Positions 23,535-36,299 of a stretch of DNA of 64,000 nt are shown in pieces. Below the pieces are notes generated by a model. The model searched no databases, was not told the DNA's origin, and was given only the letters and a program-made list of their open reading frames with translations. The stretch spans positions 23,002,001 through 23,066,000 of the forward strand of contig NC_043014.1 of the NCBI RefSeq assembly GCF_006345805.1, written 5' to 3'. The DNA is from Octopus sinensis. Taxonomy: Eukaryota. Each line of letters starts with the position of its first letter. Position 1 is the first letter of the stretch. The position numbers and the translations under genes were made by a program.

Positions 23535-24371
23535 CCCTTCACATCAAATTCGACTTCATGCAAAACTTCATAAAAGCAATGAGACACAATGGTTGTGGCT
23601 TCTAGTACCTAAAAGTAAAATTTGGTGCAGAGAAAAATGACACATAACTGAAAGCAGGCATTTTCGTTGGAACCAAGATCTGATAGCATATTCAGAGGTA
23701 AACTGAATCCAGTTGAGCTGACAGCATGGGATTCATTCATGTTAGTTGAAAAGAATTTTCTTGAAAATCATAGAGATGAAAACTATGCTGATTTAATAAA
23801 CAACATACTAACAGCATATGAAAGAATGGGATGCCGAATGTCCCTTAAAATACATTTCTTGCATTTTCATCTTGATTTTTTTCCAATGAATCTTGGTAAT
23901 GAGCATGGTGAGGGGTTCCAACAGGACATATCTGACATAGAAACGAGGTATCAAGGCCGGTTCAATCCACACATGATGGGTGACTACAGCTGGTTCCTAC
24001 AACAGTAGACCAGCATAACGCATAAACCCGAGTGCAAGTGTCTCAAACATTTCTGAGCTGAGTATATCAAAAATAAAGTGAGTATTCTCTTAACATAAAT
24101 ATGCTGTGTACCATTATATTATAATACTATTTGACTGGAACATAAATTTACTATATACAGTACTAATATACTGTGATAATAATTATTTACCTTGAACTTA
24201 ACTATTCTTGATTCTAATATAGTTTTAATATATAATTATGCGCATAACTCAAAATCCTGAAATGCTCCAGCAACTCTGAATTCAGATTCGGAATCAGTGC
24301 ACTCGATGTAGTTTGGTACAGTTCCATTTGTCTGGGTAACAGACAATAAATCCTTTTTTTGTTGCCCAGTG
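23535..24371 (+). mobile_element. Chapaev3-like (CMC) DNA transposon, transposase C-terminus and right end
   Basis: PLHIKFDFMQNFIKAM...KAGIFVG...AWDSF...NFLENHRDENYADL...GCRMSLKIHFLHFHLDFFPMNLGNEHGEGFQQDISDIETRYQG..MMGDYSW; terminus ...TTGTTGCCCAGTG (CAC-type TIR). Family assignment from recalled motifs. Confidence 0.7.
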
Positions 24372-24661
24372 AATGCAAACACAGAGTTAAGGATTATCTC
24401 AATAGATTCATACGTACACTTTGTCAACATCTTTCCATTATAAATTCTACATTTTAAAATTAGTTTTCAAAAACATTTGTCTCCTCATCCCTTTCTAAGA
24501 TCAACATACCATTGTTTAAACTGCAAACAATTAATTCTAACCTAACAGTCATAAGCATATCTATCTGCTCTACATAATAAAATAACATTTGCTCTACGTA
24601 AAATAAATTTCTAATATATTTTACAATTCTTACATCATGAAATGTGTGTGCGTGTGTGTGT

Positions 24662-24703
<42 letters not shown>

Positions 24704-25194
24704 CATGTGTATGTGTGTGTTTGTACATTGTTGGCATCCTTTTGTCTCAGGAGACAATGGAGTTGTGCATAAAATAATCCAGTCTGGTTTTCGTGACTGC
24801 TACCTCCCATGTTTTTCCTGCCACTTTTTACAGCAGTACTGAAATGCCCTCTCCAGTTTCGCACAGGACTGGGCTAGATGTAAGAAAATCCAGGGTAGCC
24901 CAATCGTCAGGATTCCTCTCTGGACCTTGCTGAAGTAGTCCAAAGGAGAGCAGAGCATTACGCTTGGTACCAGCTTGGTTGCAGAAGCTGCCAGAAGAGT
25001 GTCAAGTTGAACACTAAACCACCTACATGCTCCACTCTAGATTTCTTTGAAGGTTATCTCCTTTCCATAACCCTGGAAAGGGACCCATACAGGGTACTGT
25101 CAGCCAGAGACAGTTGAGCTCTGGATTCATGTCAGGCAGGGTTGTCACTCCCTGAAGTAGTGAAGAAAATCGCTACCCGCTACCTATATATATG

Positions 25195-25236
<42 letters not shown>

Positions 25237-25299
25237 TTTATATATATATATGTATATGTATATATATATATTACGACGTTTCTCTCTCTATATATAAAT

Positions 25300-26420
<1,121 letters not shown>

Positions 26421-26427
26421 CTTGGAG

Positions 26428-26473
<46 letters not shown>

Positions 26474-26524
26474 AATATTAAATTTCTAAATATCTCATAG
26501 AGATATGTACGGTGGTGGGGCGAT

Positions 26525-26818
26525 AGAGTGGTTGTATACTGTCAACTTAACGTGACAGTAAGGGAATTACACCACCGCTGTTTAGCCCTAGGAAGCATCG
26601 ACGTTTCCTGTCAGCCTCGACCACCGCTGTTTAGCCGTAGGAAGCATCGACGTTTCCTGTCAGCCTCGACCACCGCTGTTTAGCCGTAGGAAGCATCGAC
26701 GTTTCCTGTCGGCCTCGACAAATGTGTCGAGGCTGACAGGAAACGTTGATGCTTCCTAGGGCTAAACAGCGGTGGTGTAATTCCCTTACTGTCACGTTAA
26801 GTTTACAGTATACAACCA

Positions 26819-26822
<4 letters not shown>
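26525..26822. repeat. Fold-back (hairpin) element, 97-bp arms, inner 49 bp of the left arm triplicated
   Basis: 26525-26621 pairs with 26726-26822; the 49-bp unit CACCGCTGTTTAGCC...GCCTCGAC starts at 26573, 26622 and 26671. Confidence 0.93.
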
Positions 26823-26858
<36 letters not shown>

Positions 26859-26929
26859 GATAGTTGACTTTTTCAAACTTGCAGACATCTTTTGGGTTTT
26901 TTATTTTTATGATTTTAAATACATTTAAG

Positions 26930-27130
26930 TGGCAAGCTGGCTGAATTATTAGCATGCCAAATGAAATGCTTAGTGGCATTTCATCTGTCTTTGTGTTCTG
27001 AGTGTGAATTTTGTCAAGGTTGACTGTACCTTTCATCCTTTTGGGTTCAATAAAATTAGTACCACTGGAGTCGATGTAAATGACTTATCCCTACCCTGAA
27101 ATTGCTGGACTTGTGTAAAAATTTGAAACC
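26930..27130 (+). mobile_element. tRNA-derived SINE
   Basis: Same head, body and tail as 7780-7973 and 60347-60520. Confidence 0.7.
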
Positions 27131-28249
27131 ATTATTTTTAATATATTTTTATTACATCTTAAACATATTTTCTGAATTTGTAAAATGTTCTTAAGAAATT
27201 TAATTTTGTCTTGTATGCTTTATTTTTTTTATTTTAGACTATTTCTTGTTTTTGATCATCAGAATCTTTCTCATCATTATAATTGTCATCATCACTACTA
27301 ACATCATAACAATAAACAGCAGTTCACCACTTCCATCACATAAATATCATCATTTTTCATTGCTATCACCTCAAATCACTATTTATCCTGCTACCAACTA
27401 TGGAAATACATCTTCCATCTCCACAGCTTCATAGTCTTTCCTCATCCCTCTGTAGCAGGAATGTTTGGCAGTCAAATCACTACATCCAGTGTTGTGATTC
27501 ACTAGAATATTTATTACCCACGTGATCAACAAATCTGATTAATCTTTGTATTTATTTACTTATTTACTTAAACATTTACATTAGTTTTGTATTTTGGCAC
27601 AAGCCAGCAAATTTGGGGTATAGGGTAAATCAGTTACATTGACCTCATTGGTCAACTGGTACTTATTTTATCAACTTCAAAAAGATGAAAGGCAAATCAA
27701 CACTACTGGAATTTGAACTCAGAACGTAAAAAGGGACAAAATGTTGCTAAGCATTTTACCTATTGTGCTAATGATTCTGCCAGCTTGCAGCCTTTATTTA
27801 AACACTTATATTAACATTTAAACATTCATGTTAATCTTTAATTTACTCTGATTTATGTCCCCTGCCAATTCAGTATTATTTGTTGTATTCTTCATCAAGG
27901 AAACTATGTTTCAGGGTTAGTTCCACTGCCTGGTATCTTGGGAAAATATCTTCTACTATAGCCTTGAGCTGCCTACAGCCTTGTTAGTAATATTGGTAGG
28001 TGGAAACTGTATGGAAGCCAAATGGAGACATTATTTACATTCCCTAGTAAACAAATGTCCCATTATTCAGATGACATGTGATGATCACTGAAATGAAAAG
28101 TACCTTACTTGAAAAACAAGTGGGGTTCTGGCAAGAAGAGCATCTGGCAAAAGAAAATGTCTCAAAAAGTTCCATCTGACCTATATCAGCATTGAAAATT
28201 GCATATAAAAATGATGAAGATGATGATGGTTACACATATACATATATTA

Positions 28250-28720
28250 TCATCATCATCATCATTATCATAATTTAACGTCCGTTTTCCATGCTGGCAT
28301 GAGTTGGACGGTTTGACTGAGGTATGGAGAGCCAGCGGCTGCACCAGGCTCCAATCTGATCTGACAATGTTTCTACAGCTGGATACCCTTTCTAATGCCA
28401 GCCACTCCAAGAGTGTAGTGGGTGCTTTTTACATGCCACTGGCACAGGAGCCAGTCAAGCAGGCTGGCATCGATCACATCTGGATAGTGCTTTTTAAGTG
28501 CCATTGGCACAGGGGCCCGTCACGAGGTACTGGCATTGACCACATTCAGATGGTGCTTTTTATGTGCCACCAGAACAAGGGGCTAGTCAGGTGGACCTGG
28601 CATCAACCACATTCGGATGGTCTTTTTTTACATCGCCGGCACAGGAGCCAGTCAGCGGGCACTGGCCACAGCTATGATATTGATTTTGCTTGACTCAACA
28701 GGTCTTCTCAAGCATATCAT
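28250..28720 (-). mobile_element. RTE 3' UTR fragment with several internal ~60-bp repeats
   Basis: (CAT)n tail at 28250-65; reverse complement of the shared RTE tail; repeated GTGCTTTTTA.GTGCCA units. Confidence 0.8.
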
Positions 28721-28939
28721 ATCTCATGATGCATCTATGAATATAATATATAGCATAACATAATATAATATTATATAAATAATTATAAAAACCATAAAAG
28801 CCCAACAAATTGTTTTGACTTATATACTTTTTCTGATATGCATAATCACAGTTCCATTATATATATATAGTCACTTCAGGGTATTTGGTTCAGAAAAGAC
28901 AAAATTTCATATATATGTATATATATGCATACAGTCATG

Positions 28940-29160
28940 GCCAGTGTGGCATCCAAGAGAGATGACTGTACTGGTATGGTCATGTATTATGTTTGGATGA
29001 GGACAGCTACATGAGGAAGTGCCACTCCCTAACAGGAAGACATGGTGGTGAAGCATGACCTTTGAACCTTGGGCCTCACAGAGGCAGTGACAGGAGACTG
29101 AGATCTTTGGAGATATGCTGTGATTGAGAAGACCTGGCAACTAAAGTGAGGTCACAGCCA
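28940..29160 (+). mobile_element. RTE ORF 3'-end fragment
   Basis: IQER*LYWYGHV...VVKHDL*TLGLTEAVT...EKTWQ. Confidence 0.75.
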
Positions 29161-29204
29161 TGGCCAATGCCAGTGTTGCATGTCAAGCCCAGGGACCTGA
29201 TTAA

Positions 29205-29424
29205 CCCTTTAGTGTTTAAACCGGCCATATCCGGCCAAAATATTCTACCTATTTTATGTTCAAACTAGTCAGATATGGTCGTTCATAGCTACCTTATTGT
29301 GTCATTTTAAAAATAAACAATCACATCATTGAAATCTCAAAGCCATGAAATGATGCAAGATTAATTTTACATGGTGTGAATACATAAGCTTTATATTTGA
29401 CAGAATAATCTGAATGCTAAAGGG
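29205..29424. mobile_element. 220-bp TTAA-flanked MITE (piggyBac-like ends)
   Basis: TTAA (29201-04) CCCTTTAG...CTAAAGGG TTAA (29425-28). Confidence 0.8.
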
Positions 29425-29637
29425 TTAATCTAATATCTGTCTTTAGGAGTTATATTTTACAAAACATGTGCAAACACATATATAGATATAAGTATTTTAT
29501 ATTTGATTTGCAGCCATGTGGTTTAAGACTTGGTCTCGATGTTTGGCATCTTGGATATCTTCTATATCCTCCTGTTGACCAAGTGCCTTATGAATGAAAT
29601 TGGTATAAAGAAACTGTCTGGGAACCTGTCATACATA

Positions 29638-29669
<32 letters not shown>

Positions 29670-30812
29670 AGTGTGTGCATGTGCGTGTGTCCTTGTCTTG
29701 ACACTACGCAGTGGATATAAACACGTGTCCCCATCATATAAGCGGGCATCTCTAATTTCCAGTCTTTTGTAAAAACCTGTCCGGTCAAGCAACAAGAAGG
29801 ACTTCCAGCCATAGGGAGAAAGTCTCCTTCAACAAATGCCATTTGACCCATACAAGCATGGATTAGTAGACATTGAAACAATGATGATGACAACAATGAT
29901 GACGATGATGATGATACATGTAAAAATCCCAAACCATATGGTTGTGAATGTTGTGAATTTATTAGACAAAATTACTGAGTAACCATGACTTTGAAATTTT
30001 GCTGGCAATGGAGCTCATCTGACGTGATCTGACAAGCTGTCACTGGCAAGATTTCCAAATCAAAGTCACTCTGTACTTCCATCTAATAATATCTTTTTTT
30101 TTAAATATTTTTCTTTGTTTCAGTAATTTGACTGCAGACATCCTGGGGCAATCACCTTGAAGAATCTTAGTTAAACGAATCAAACTCAGTGCTTTTTTTT
30201 TTATAAACCTGATATTTATTCTATCAGTTTCTTCCACTGAACCACTAAGTCATGGGGATACAAGCACACCAATATTAACCATCAAGCAGTGGTGGGGAAC
30301 AAACACACACACACAAATATATATATATATATAATTTGTGTATATACATTATCTAGTGAAAGCAGTTTATGGAGTTACTCTGGGTTTCCCATTCATAAAG
30401 GGTTCAACTTTATTGTGTATCATCAGACCCCAATGCCTGGAGGCCTAAGACCTCTTTAAAATATGGAGGGGAAAGAATCTCAGTGTAAAAGGCAAAAACA
30501 AGGAGATTATCTCTCTCTGCTAGTGGTTATCAACTTCTGGCTGTGCCGCCATCAATCGGCCATGAGAGTAAACAATAGAGAATCATCTCTCTCTCCCACT
30601 AGCTGCCAACTTCTGGTTCCCAAAAGGCCTTCAGAAATTTCCTAAAATACAAAAATCTCTGTTCTGGAGTTAAGTATTGCACCTGGTTCAAGCAAGTCTT
30701 TTAGGATCCTTGTGTGTTTAGCTTATGCATAGCTTGCAGTGATTTGTCCCATTTATGTAGGGGCCTGGTCTTTCTTAGTGTGTACTTCTATGGATTTATG
30801 TTTTTTTAATAA

Positions 30813-30879
<67 letters not shown>

Positions 30880-31019
30880 CATATATAGATAAAACTTACT
30901 TGGAAGAAGATGCATGGCATTCAATCATATAATAATACAAATAATATATATATATGCATATATACATACGTATATGTACATACATACATCTATACATACA
31001 TACATATATATATACATAT

Positions 31020-31075
<56 letters not shown>

Positions 31076-31078
31076 ATA

Positions 31079-31813
31079 TACTAACAATATAGGATGAAGT
31101 CCCTTTCTCTACAGAAAAGGATTCCAGCAAAAAGCGTGGTAGTATATTAAAAAACCATTACGGTTGAAGTATAAACATCTTATAATTAAGGGCTAAAGAA
31201 GATTATTCTATAGCCAATACACTGATTCCTGCTTTCAGTTAAATTTTCCTGTAACAAGTGGATTATAAGTGGATAAATCAGTGTATTGGCTATAGAATAA
31301 CCTTCTTTAGCCCTTAATTATAAGATGTTTATACTTCAACCGTAATGGTTTTTTTAATATACTGCCACGCTTTTTGATGGAATCCTTTTCTGTAGAGAAA
31401 GGGACTTCATCCTATATTGTTAGTAGTAAACTCACTGCTTGTTACAAGGGGACCGGTAACCATTACAATATGTAGCGGCGACAGGTCAACACGTTGTTCT
31501 GAGACTGACCAAGGAATTTTTATTTTTAGATATAAATGATGTACTTAAATGTAGTTGTATTTTTAGCTTCTGCTTTTTCCATGATCACATGTGAGTATTT
31601 TATTTATGTTCCCTCGTAAGCTCTACTGATGAAGAATATATCCTTTATAGGGATTAATTCCGAAATTGATTCAATATAGAGATAACAAAATTTAAATTTT
31701 CTAAAGGTTAGTTGCCCGCTTTCAGTTCAATTTTCCTGTAACAAGTGGATTATAAGTGGATAAATCAGTGTATTGGCTATAGAATAACCTTCTTTAGCCC
31801 TTAATTATAAGAT
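31079..31813 (+). mobile_element. Non-coding hammerhead-bearing unit (retrozyme-like or PLE pseudo-LTR): inverted arm, 487-bp unit, partial second unit
   Basis: 31079-31227 pairs with 31276-31425 (48-nt loop); 31231-31326 recurs at 31718-31813; hammerhead at 31621-31681; TA tracts on both sides. Confidence 0.75.
31621..31681 (+). ncRNA. Minimal type I hammerhead ribozyme (second family)
   Basis: Stem I CTCTA(31621-25)/TAGAG(31677-81); CTGATGA 31626-32; stem II (A)GAAT..ATCCT/GGGAT..ATTC(C) with an A.C mismatch at the closing pair; GAAA 31662-65; stem III ATTGA-T-TCAAT; AUA cleavage after 31676. Confidence 0.7.
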
Positions 31814-32338
31814 ATATATATATATATGCATATGTGGGCATAGGATGTCACGAAACATGTACAACAAAAAATACGAAATACAAGTACATGGAATATGAAC
31901 TATTTTTTCGAACAATGAAAAACACAAATGGAAAACAAGACAAACAACATAAAGAACGACCCTTTATCAGTTGTTGGCTGTTTTTCTACTCTCATATTTC
32001 AAGCATTTCACAACAAGATACGCTTTTGATAAAACAATTGTTCCCACAAAGCAAATTAAACAAAATTTGGGATTTTGCAGAACGTCAAAATTGGTAACAA
32101 AAACAGGACAGTGAAAACAAACAGGAAGGGCTGCGAAGCCTAAACAAGGTTGTGGTGGCAAACACGTAAATCAAGCTTGGACAGGAGACAGACAAGAACA
32201 CATCTTCCTTGTAAGTATGTACATATACGTATATATAAATGCATATGTATATATATTATTTATATTATTATTATCCTTATATATATTTATATATATATTC
32301 ACACACACGCACGCTGACACGCACACACACACACACAC

Positions 32339-32396
<58 letters not shown>

Positions 32397-33384
32397 AATA
32401 CATAAATGCATGCACATACACAAATATATAGATAGATAGATAGATGATAGACAGACAGATAGATAGATATTTATGGGCTTCTTTTAGTTTCCTTCTACTA
32501 AATCCATTCTCAAGGCTTTGGTCATCCACATAGTGAGACTGAACCTGGAACCATGTGGTTGAGAAGCAAATTTCTTACCATACAGCCATGACCGTTCCTA
32601 CATATTTAAATTACATATAAAAATATTTTACTATCAACAAATTAGGGATCTTGTCTCCCTTCTGTAACATTCAACATTACAGTTCTGAACCATTTATTGT
32701 CTATGTCCAACAAACGATGAAGAAAGTACTATGAGGTCATGCAACTCTGCAAGAAATAATAGCTAATTCTCCCCCTGCCATCTTAAATACAGAAAGAACA
32801 CAAGAATAATAAAGTCCTTGATAAATTCTTTGCTCATAGCTATAACACCTCTTATCATGTGTGCTTGATGAACAACAGCAGAAGAAGAAGAATGCAATAA
32901 TAAAGGTGTTGGTTCCAGTTTCAGTTTTTGTTTAATCCCAGGTGAACCCTGCTCAAGTAAACTTGTGATCAAAGCTTTCAGCCATAATATTGCTTATTTT
33001 TAAAAGTAAATAGGACTACATTATCCAAGGTACCTTGTCTTCTTGTTGGTTTTATAAATGTTTAGTCCCAGGTCGGCTGTGATGAAATAAATCTATGATC
33101 AAAGGCATTCCAGCTGTGTCCATCATGTCCTTTATCTTTTTTTTTTTTTTGACATTGAATCTTGAACTATGTGGCCTTCTTTTTTTTCAAGCTGGCAGAG
33201 ACTAATTTGAGGGAAAATTGGCAGCTACTTGAATGACGATGCAGATTGAATGACTATGCAGAAACTTCATTATTGCTGTTGTTTATTCTCAGTTCATCAC
33301 TGGCTGTAAAGACTTATATACAACAAAAGGTATTCTAGCAATGACTGTCTTGCTTATTTTCCTTGGCAGAAGACTACATTATCC

Positions 33385-34880
33385 AATATAGTCTTCTTTA
33401 TGCTGATGCCCTTGCTCTTATTGCAGAATCTGTAGCAGAATTGGAGAAGAAACTCCAGGTATAGCAACAAAACCTGGAATCAAAGGGCCTTGAAGTTAAA
33501 GTAGCTAAGACCAAAGTCGTTGTTAGTAAAAAAGAAGATAAAACTCTCTGTCAGGTAAATGGCCCTGCTCAATACGTAGGAAAGGAGTTAGAAGAAATTT
33601 CTTTCGTAGCACCCAGTGTAAACTATGGACACATTAGAGACGCAATGGAATCACAGGTAGATTAACAAATAAAGTCATCTTTGTATGTGGCAGATATGCA
33701 GGAACAATAAGTACTAAGAGCACATGAGGGCTTAGATTCTCTCAAATGCCCAGGAGGTTCTCTTGAGGTTGTAGATAGTTTCTGTTGCCTAGGTGACAAA
33801 ATTAGCAATGGTGGAGGATGTTCTGACAGTATTGTTTCTAGACTAAGAATTGGGTGGAGGAAGTTCAGATAGCTATTACCTCTGCTGGCAACAAAAAGAC
33901 TCTCTCTCAGAGTGAAAGGTAGGCTATATGATGCTTGTGTGCAAATGGCTATACTCCATGGTAGTGAGGCATGGGCTCTGAAAGAGGAATCAAATGTAGC
34001 ATGCAAGAGAGAAGACTACATTGGTTTGGACATGTGATGTGCATGAATGAGGACATCTGCATAAAGAAGTGCCGATCACTGAAAGTAGGTGGTACCCAGG
34101 AAGATGTGGGATGAAGTGGTAAGGACCAATCACAGGATGTTAAGCCTCAAGGAGGAAATGACAAAGGACTGAGATGTCTGGCAATATGAAGTTCTTCAGA
34201 AGACCGGCCCATGTCAGCAAAACTGAGTTCTAGAAGCACTGTGTGTCTTAACAAGAAAATTTCTCACACACTCTACCACAACAAACCAAACTACATCTCT
34301 CCATTTCTTCTCTTCCTCACATTTCCACTTCATGCACTAGGCTTACCTTCCACTCCCAATCCTGTCCTTTTGGCCCTGTGCCAGTGTATCATTGCTCTCC
34401 GCTGGCTTCAGACCTGTGTGTTCCACCCATGCCATCTCACTGTATCATTGTTATCTGTGAGCTCCCAGCCTGTGTGTTCCACTCACATGTAACAAGAAAA
34501 CCTTTCACACAACCTACCCTAATAAATCAATCTACATCTCTTCCTCACATTTTCTATATATAAACCAGGTTTTCACCACTCACTCCCACTGCTCCGCACT
34601 CTTTAATCACATTTCCATCACAATATCCTGCTATTTATATTATGGAGTTTGAGCCTCAAGGGCATCCAGCTGTAAAAGCCTTGCCAAAACTGACCTCGCC
34701 TGTGCTTGTGCCATGTAAAAGGCATCCAACTGTAGAAATCCTGCCAAAACAATTACAGAAGTCTGATGCAGGCTTCTGCCTGGCTGGCTCTTGTCAAACC
34801 ATCCCACCCATGCCAGCATGGAAAGCGAACATTAAACAGTGGTGGTGGTGGTGGTGGTGATGATGATGATGATGATGACA
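33385..34880 (+). mobile_element. RTE LINE 3' portion with long 3' UTR
   Basis: LLYADALALIAESVAELEKKLQV..LESKGLEVKVAKTKV...LEVVDSFCCLGD...LYDACVQMAILHGSEAW; tail (GGT)n(GAT)n. Confidence 0.85.
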
Positions 34881-35719
34881 ACAGCAAGATCTGATTTGAA
34901 AAAGATTTGATTGCTATTTCTATGAGCTGAGTGACCAAATATAAGGCCTCATTCATTGGTTTTGTTTACTTTGCTGTTTGTTATAACTTCACATTTTTTA
35001 TACACACACATACTTACATTTACCCTTAGTGAGTTTCTCTAGAAACTGTATTATTTAGTGCTTCAGTTATGGCTTATGGCATCTTGAATTATATAGGGCT
35101 ATAGTTCTCATGACATTTGTGGGCAGGTATTAAAGGTGGTGGGTGTGAACTTTTCTACCTTAACGCTACAAACCCCCATCACCTGTTAAAAGAAGTAATA
35201 TATCATTCACTAATTCACAGTGAAATGAAAGTGTGGGGTTAGGGTAAATTATTTTGATTATTTATGTTGGTGTCGACTTTCCAGTTTACAAACCATTCAT
35301 AACTTTCAACTGAAAGACGCAATTTTCTAAAGTTTTGCTGGATTGATATTCAGAATTTTCCTCTGGTGAATATCTGTTTGAGAAGCCTATTTGTAAACCC
35401 TCAAGATTCTATTTTCTTTTAGTAAGGACAACGTATTGCACATCTTGTAATTTATATTAGTATGTTTAATACTGTACTTTAGTTAGTCAAATCTGCCATC
35501 ATCATCTGCCAAGTAAAAAAGCAGCATTTGGACATTAAATGTTAAATGTTGACTTAATTATTGGACGCTTGGTATGTTTATTTCTCAAATGGGTTTCAAT
35601 TCAAAATCTTTATGTCTAATGCAGGTTTTCAAATTCTTTATGTCTATTTCTTTTGTCTTGCATTAGAAAGAATCTGAGTTCCAATTTCCATCTAACCATC
35701 TTTTTTGCCCACTATTCTT

Positions 35720-36010
35720 GAGAGGGCTATGGTTGTTATGACATGGATGGGCAAGATGAGCAATGAGGAGGTACGAAGGCAAGCAAGAATGAGAGAAAAA
35801 CTAACAGCCAAAATGGATAGACAAATGTTGAGGTAGTTTGGTCACATGGAGAGAATGGATGAGGAGCAGGTGGTAAGGAGGGTGATGAAGGTAGAAGTGG
35901 TAGGCAGCAGAACCAGAAGCAGACCTTGGTTTGTGTGAATGGATGGAGTGAAGAAAGCTTTGGGGGTTAGAGGTACCGGTGTGAGAGAGGCAAGAAAGTT
36001 TATAAATGAT
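35720..36010 (+). mobile_element. RTE-like LINE ORF 3' end (different subfamily)
   Basis: MSNEEVRRQARMREKLTAKMDRQMLR*FGHMERMDEEQVVRRVMKVEVVGSRTRSRP...MDGVKKAL. Confidence 0.7.
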
Positions 36011-36299
36011 GGAAAAGCTTGACCCAAGTATAGGAAGGGACTCACTTCTTTGAGCTGAGAAATAAATGGAATGCCTGGTGTGTGCCTTGTTGTGGCTACC
36101 ACTTCCGAAACAAATGGGGAATAGGCCTGGGTATATGTATATGTATGTATTCTTGAGAGGGTTACTGGGGTAGAATCCTCAAGCACCATCTCCTTAGGGT
36201 CCTATCAGAAGCAACTGTCATTAGACTTTCTGGCTAGATTCTGAAGCACGACTAACTGAGGCTATGTATGTTATCCGACCATTTCATTCTTAGTCTATC

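Noticed and set aside
31835-32180. Minus-strand CTGATAA...GAAA in another repeat
   Set aside because: The core lacks the conserved G and no convincing stems I-III were found.
35290-35375. Further exon-like frames (minus YSPEENSEYQSSKTLENCVFQLKVMN; also near 9490-9525 and 49505-49555)
   Set aside because: Weak splice sites, no recognised homology and phases that do not chain; expected by chance in AT-rich DNA.
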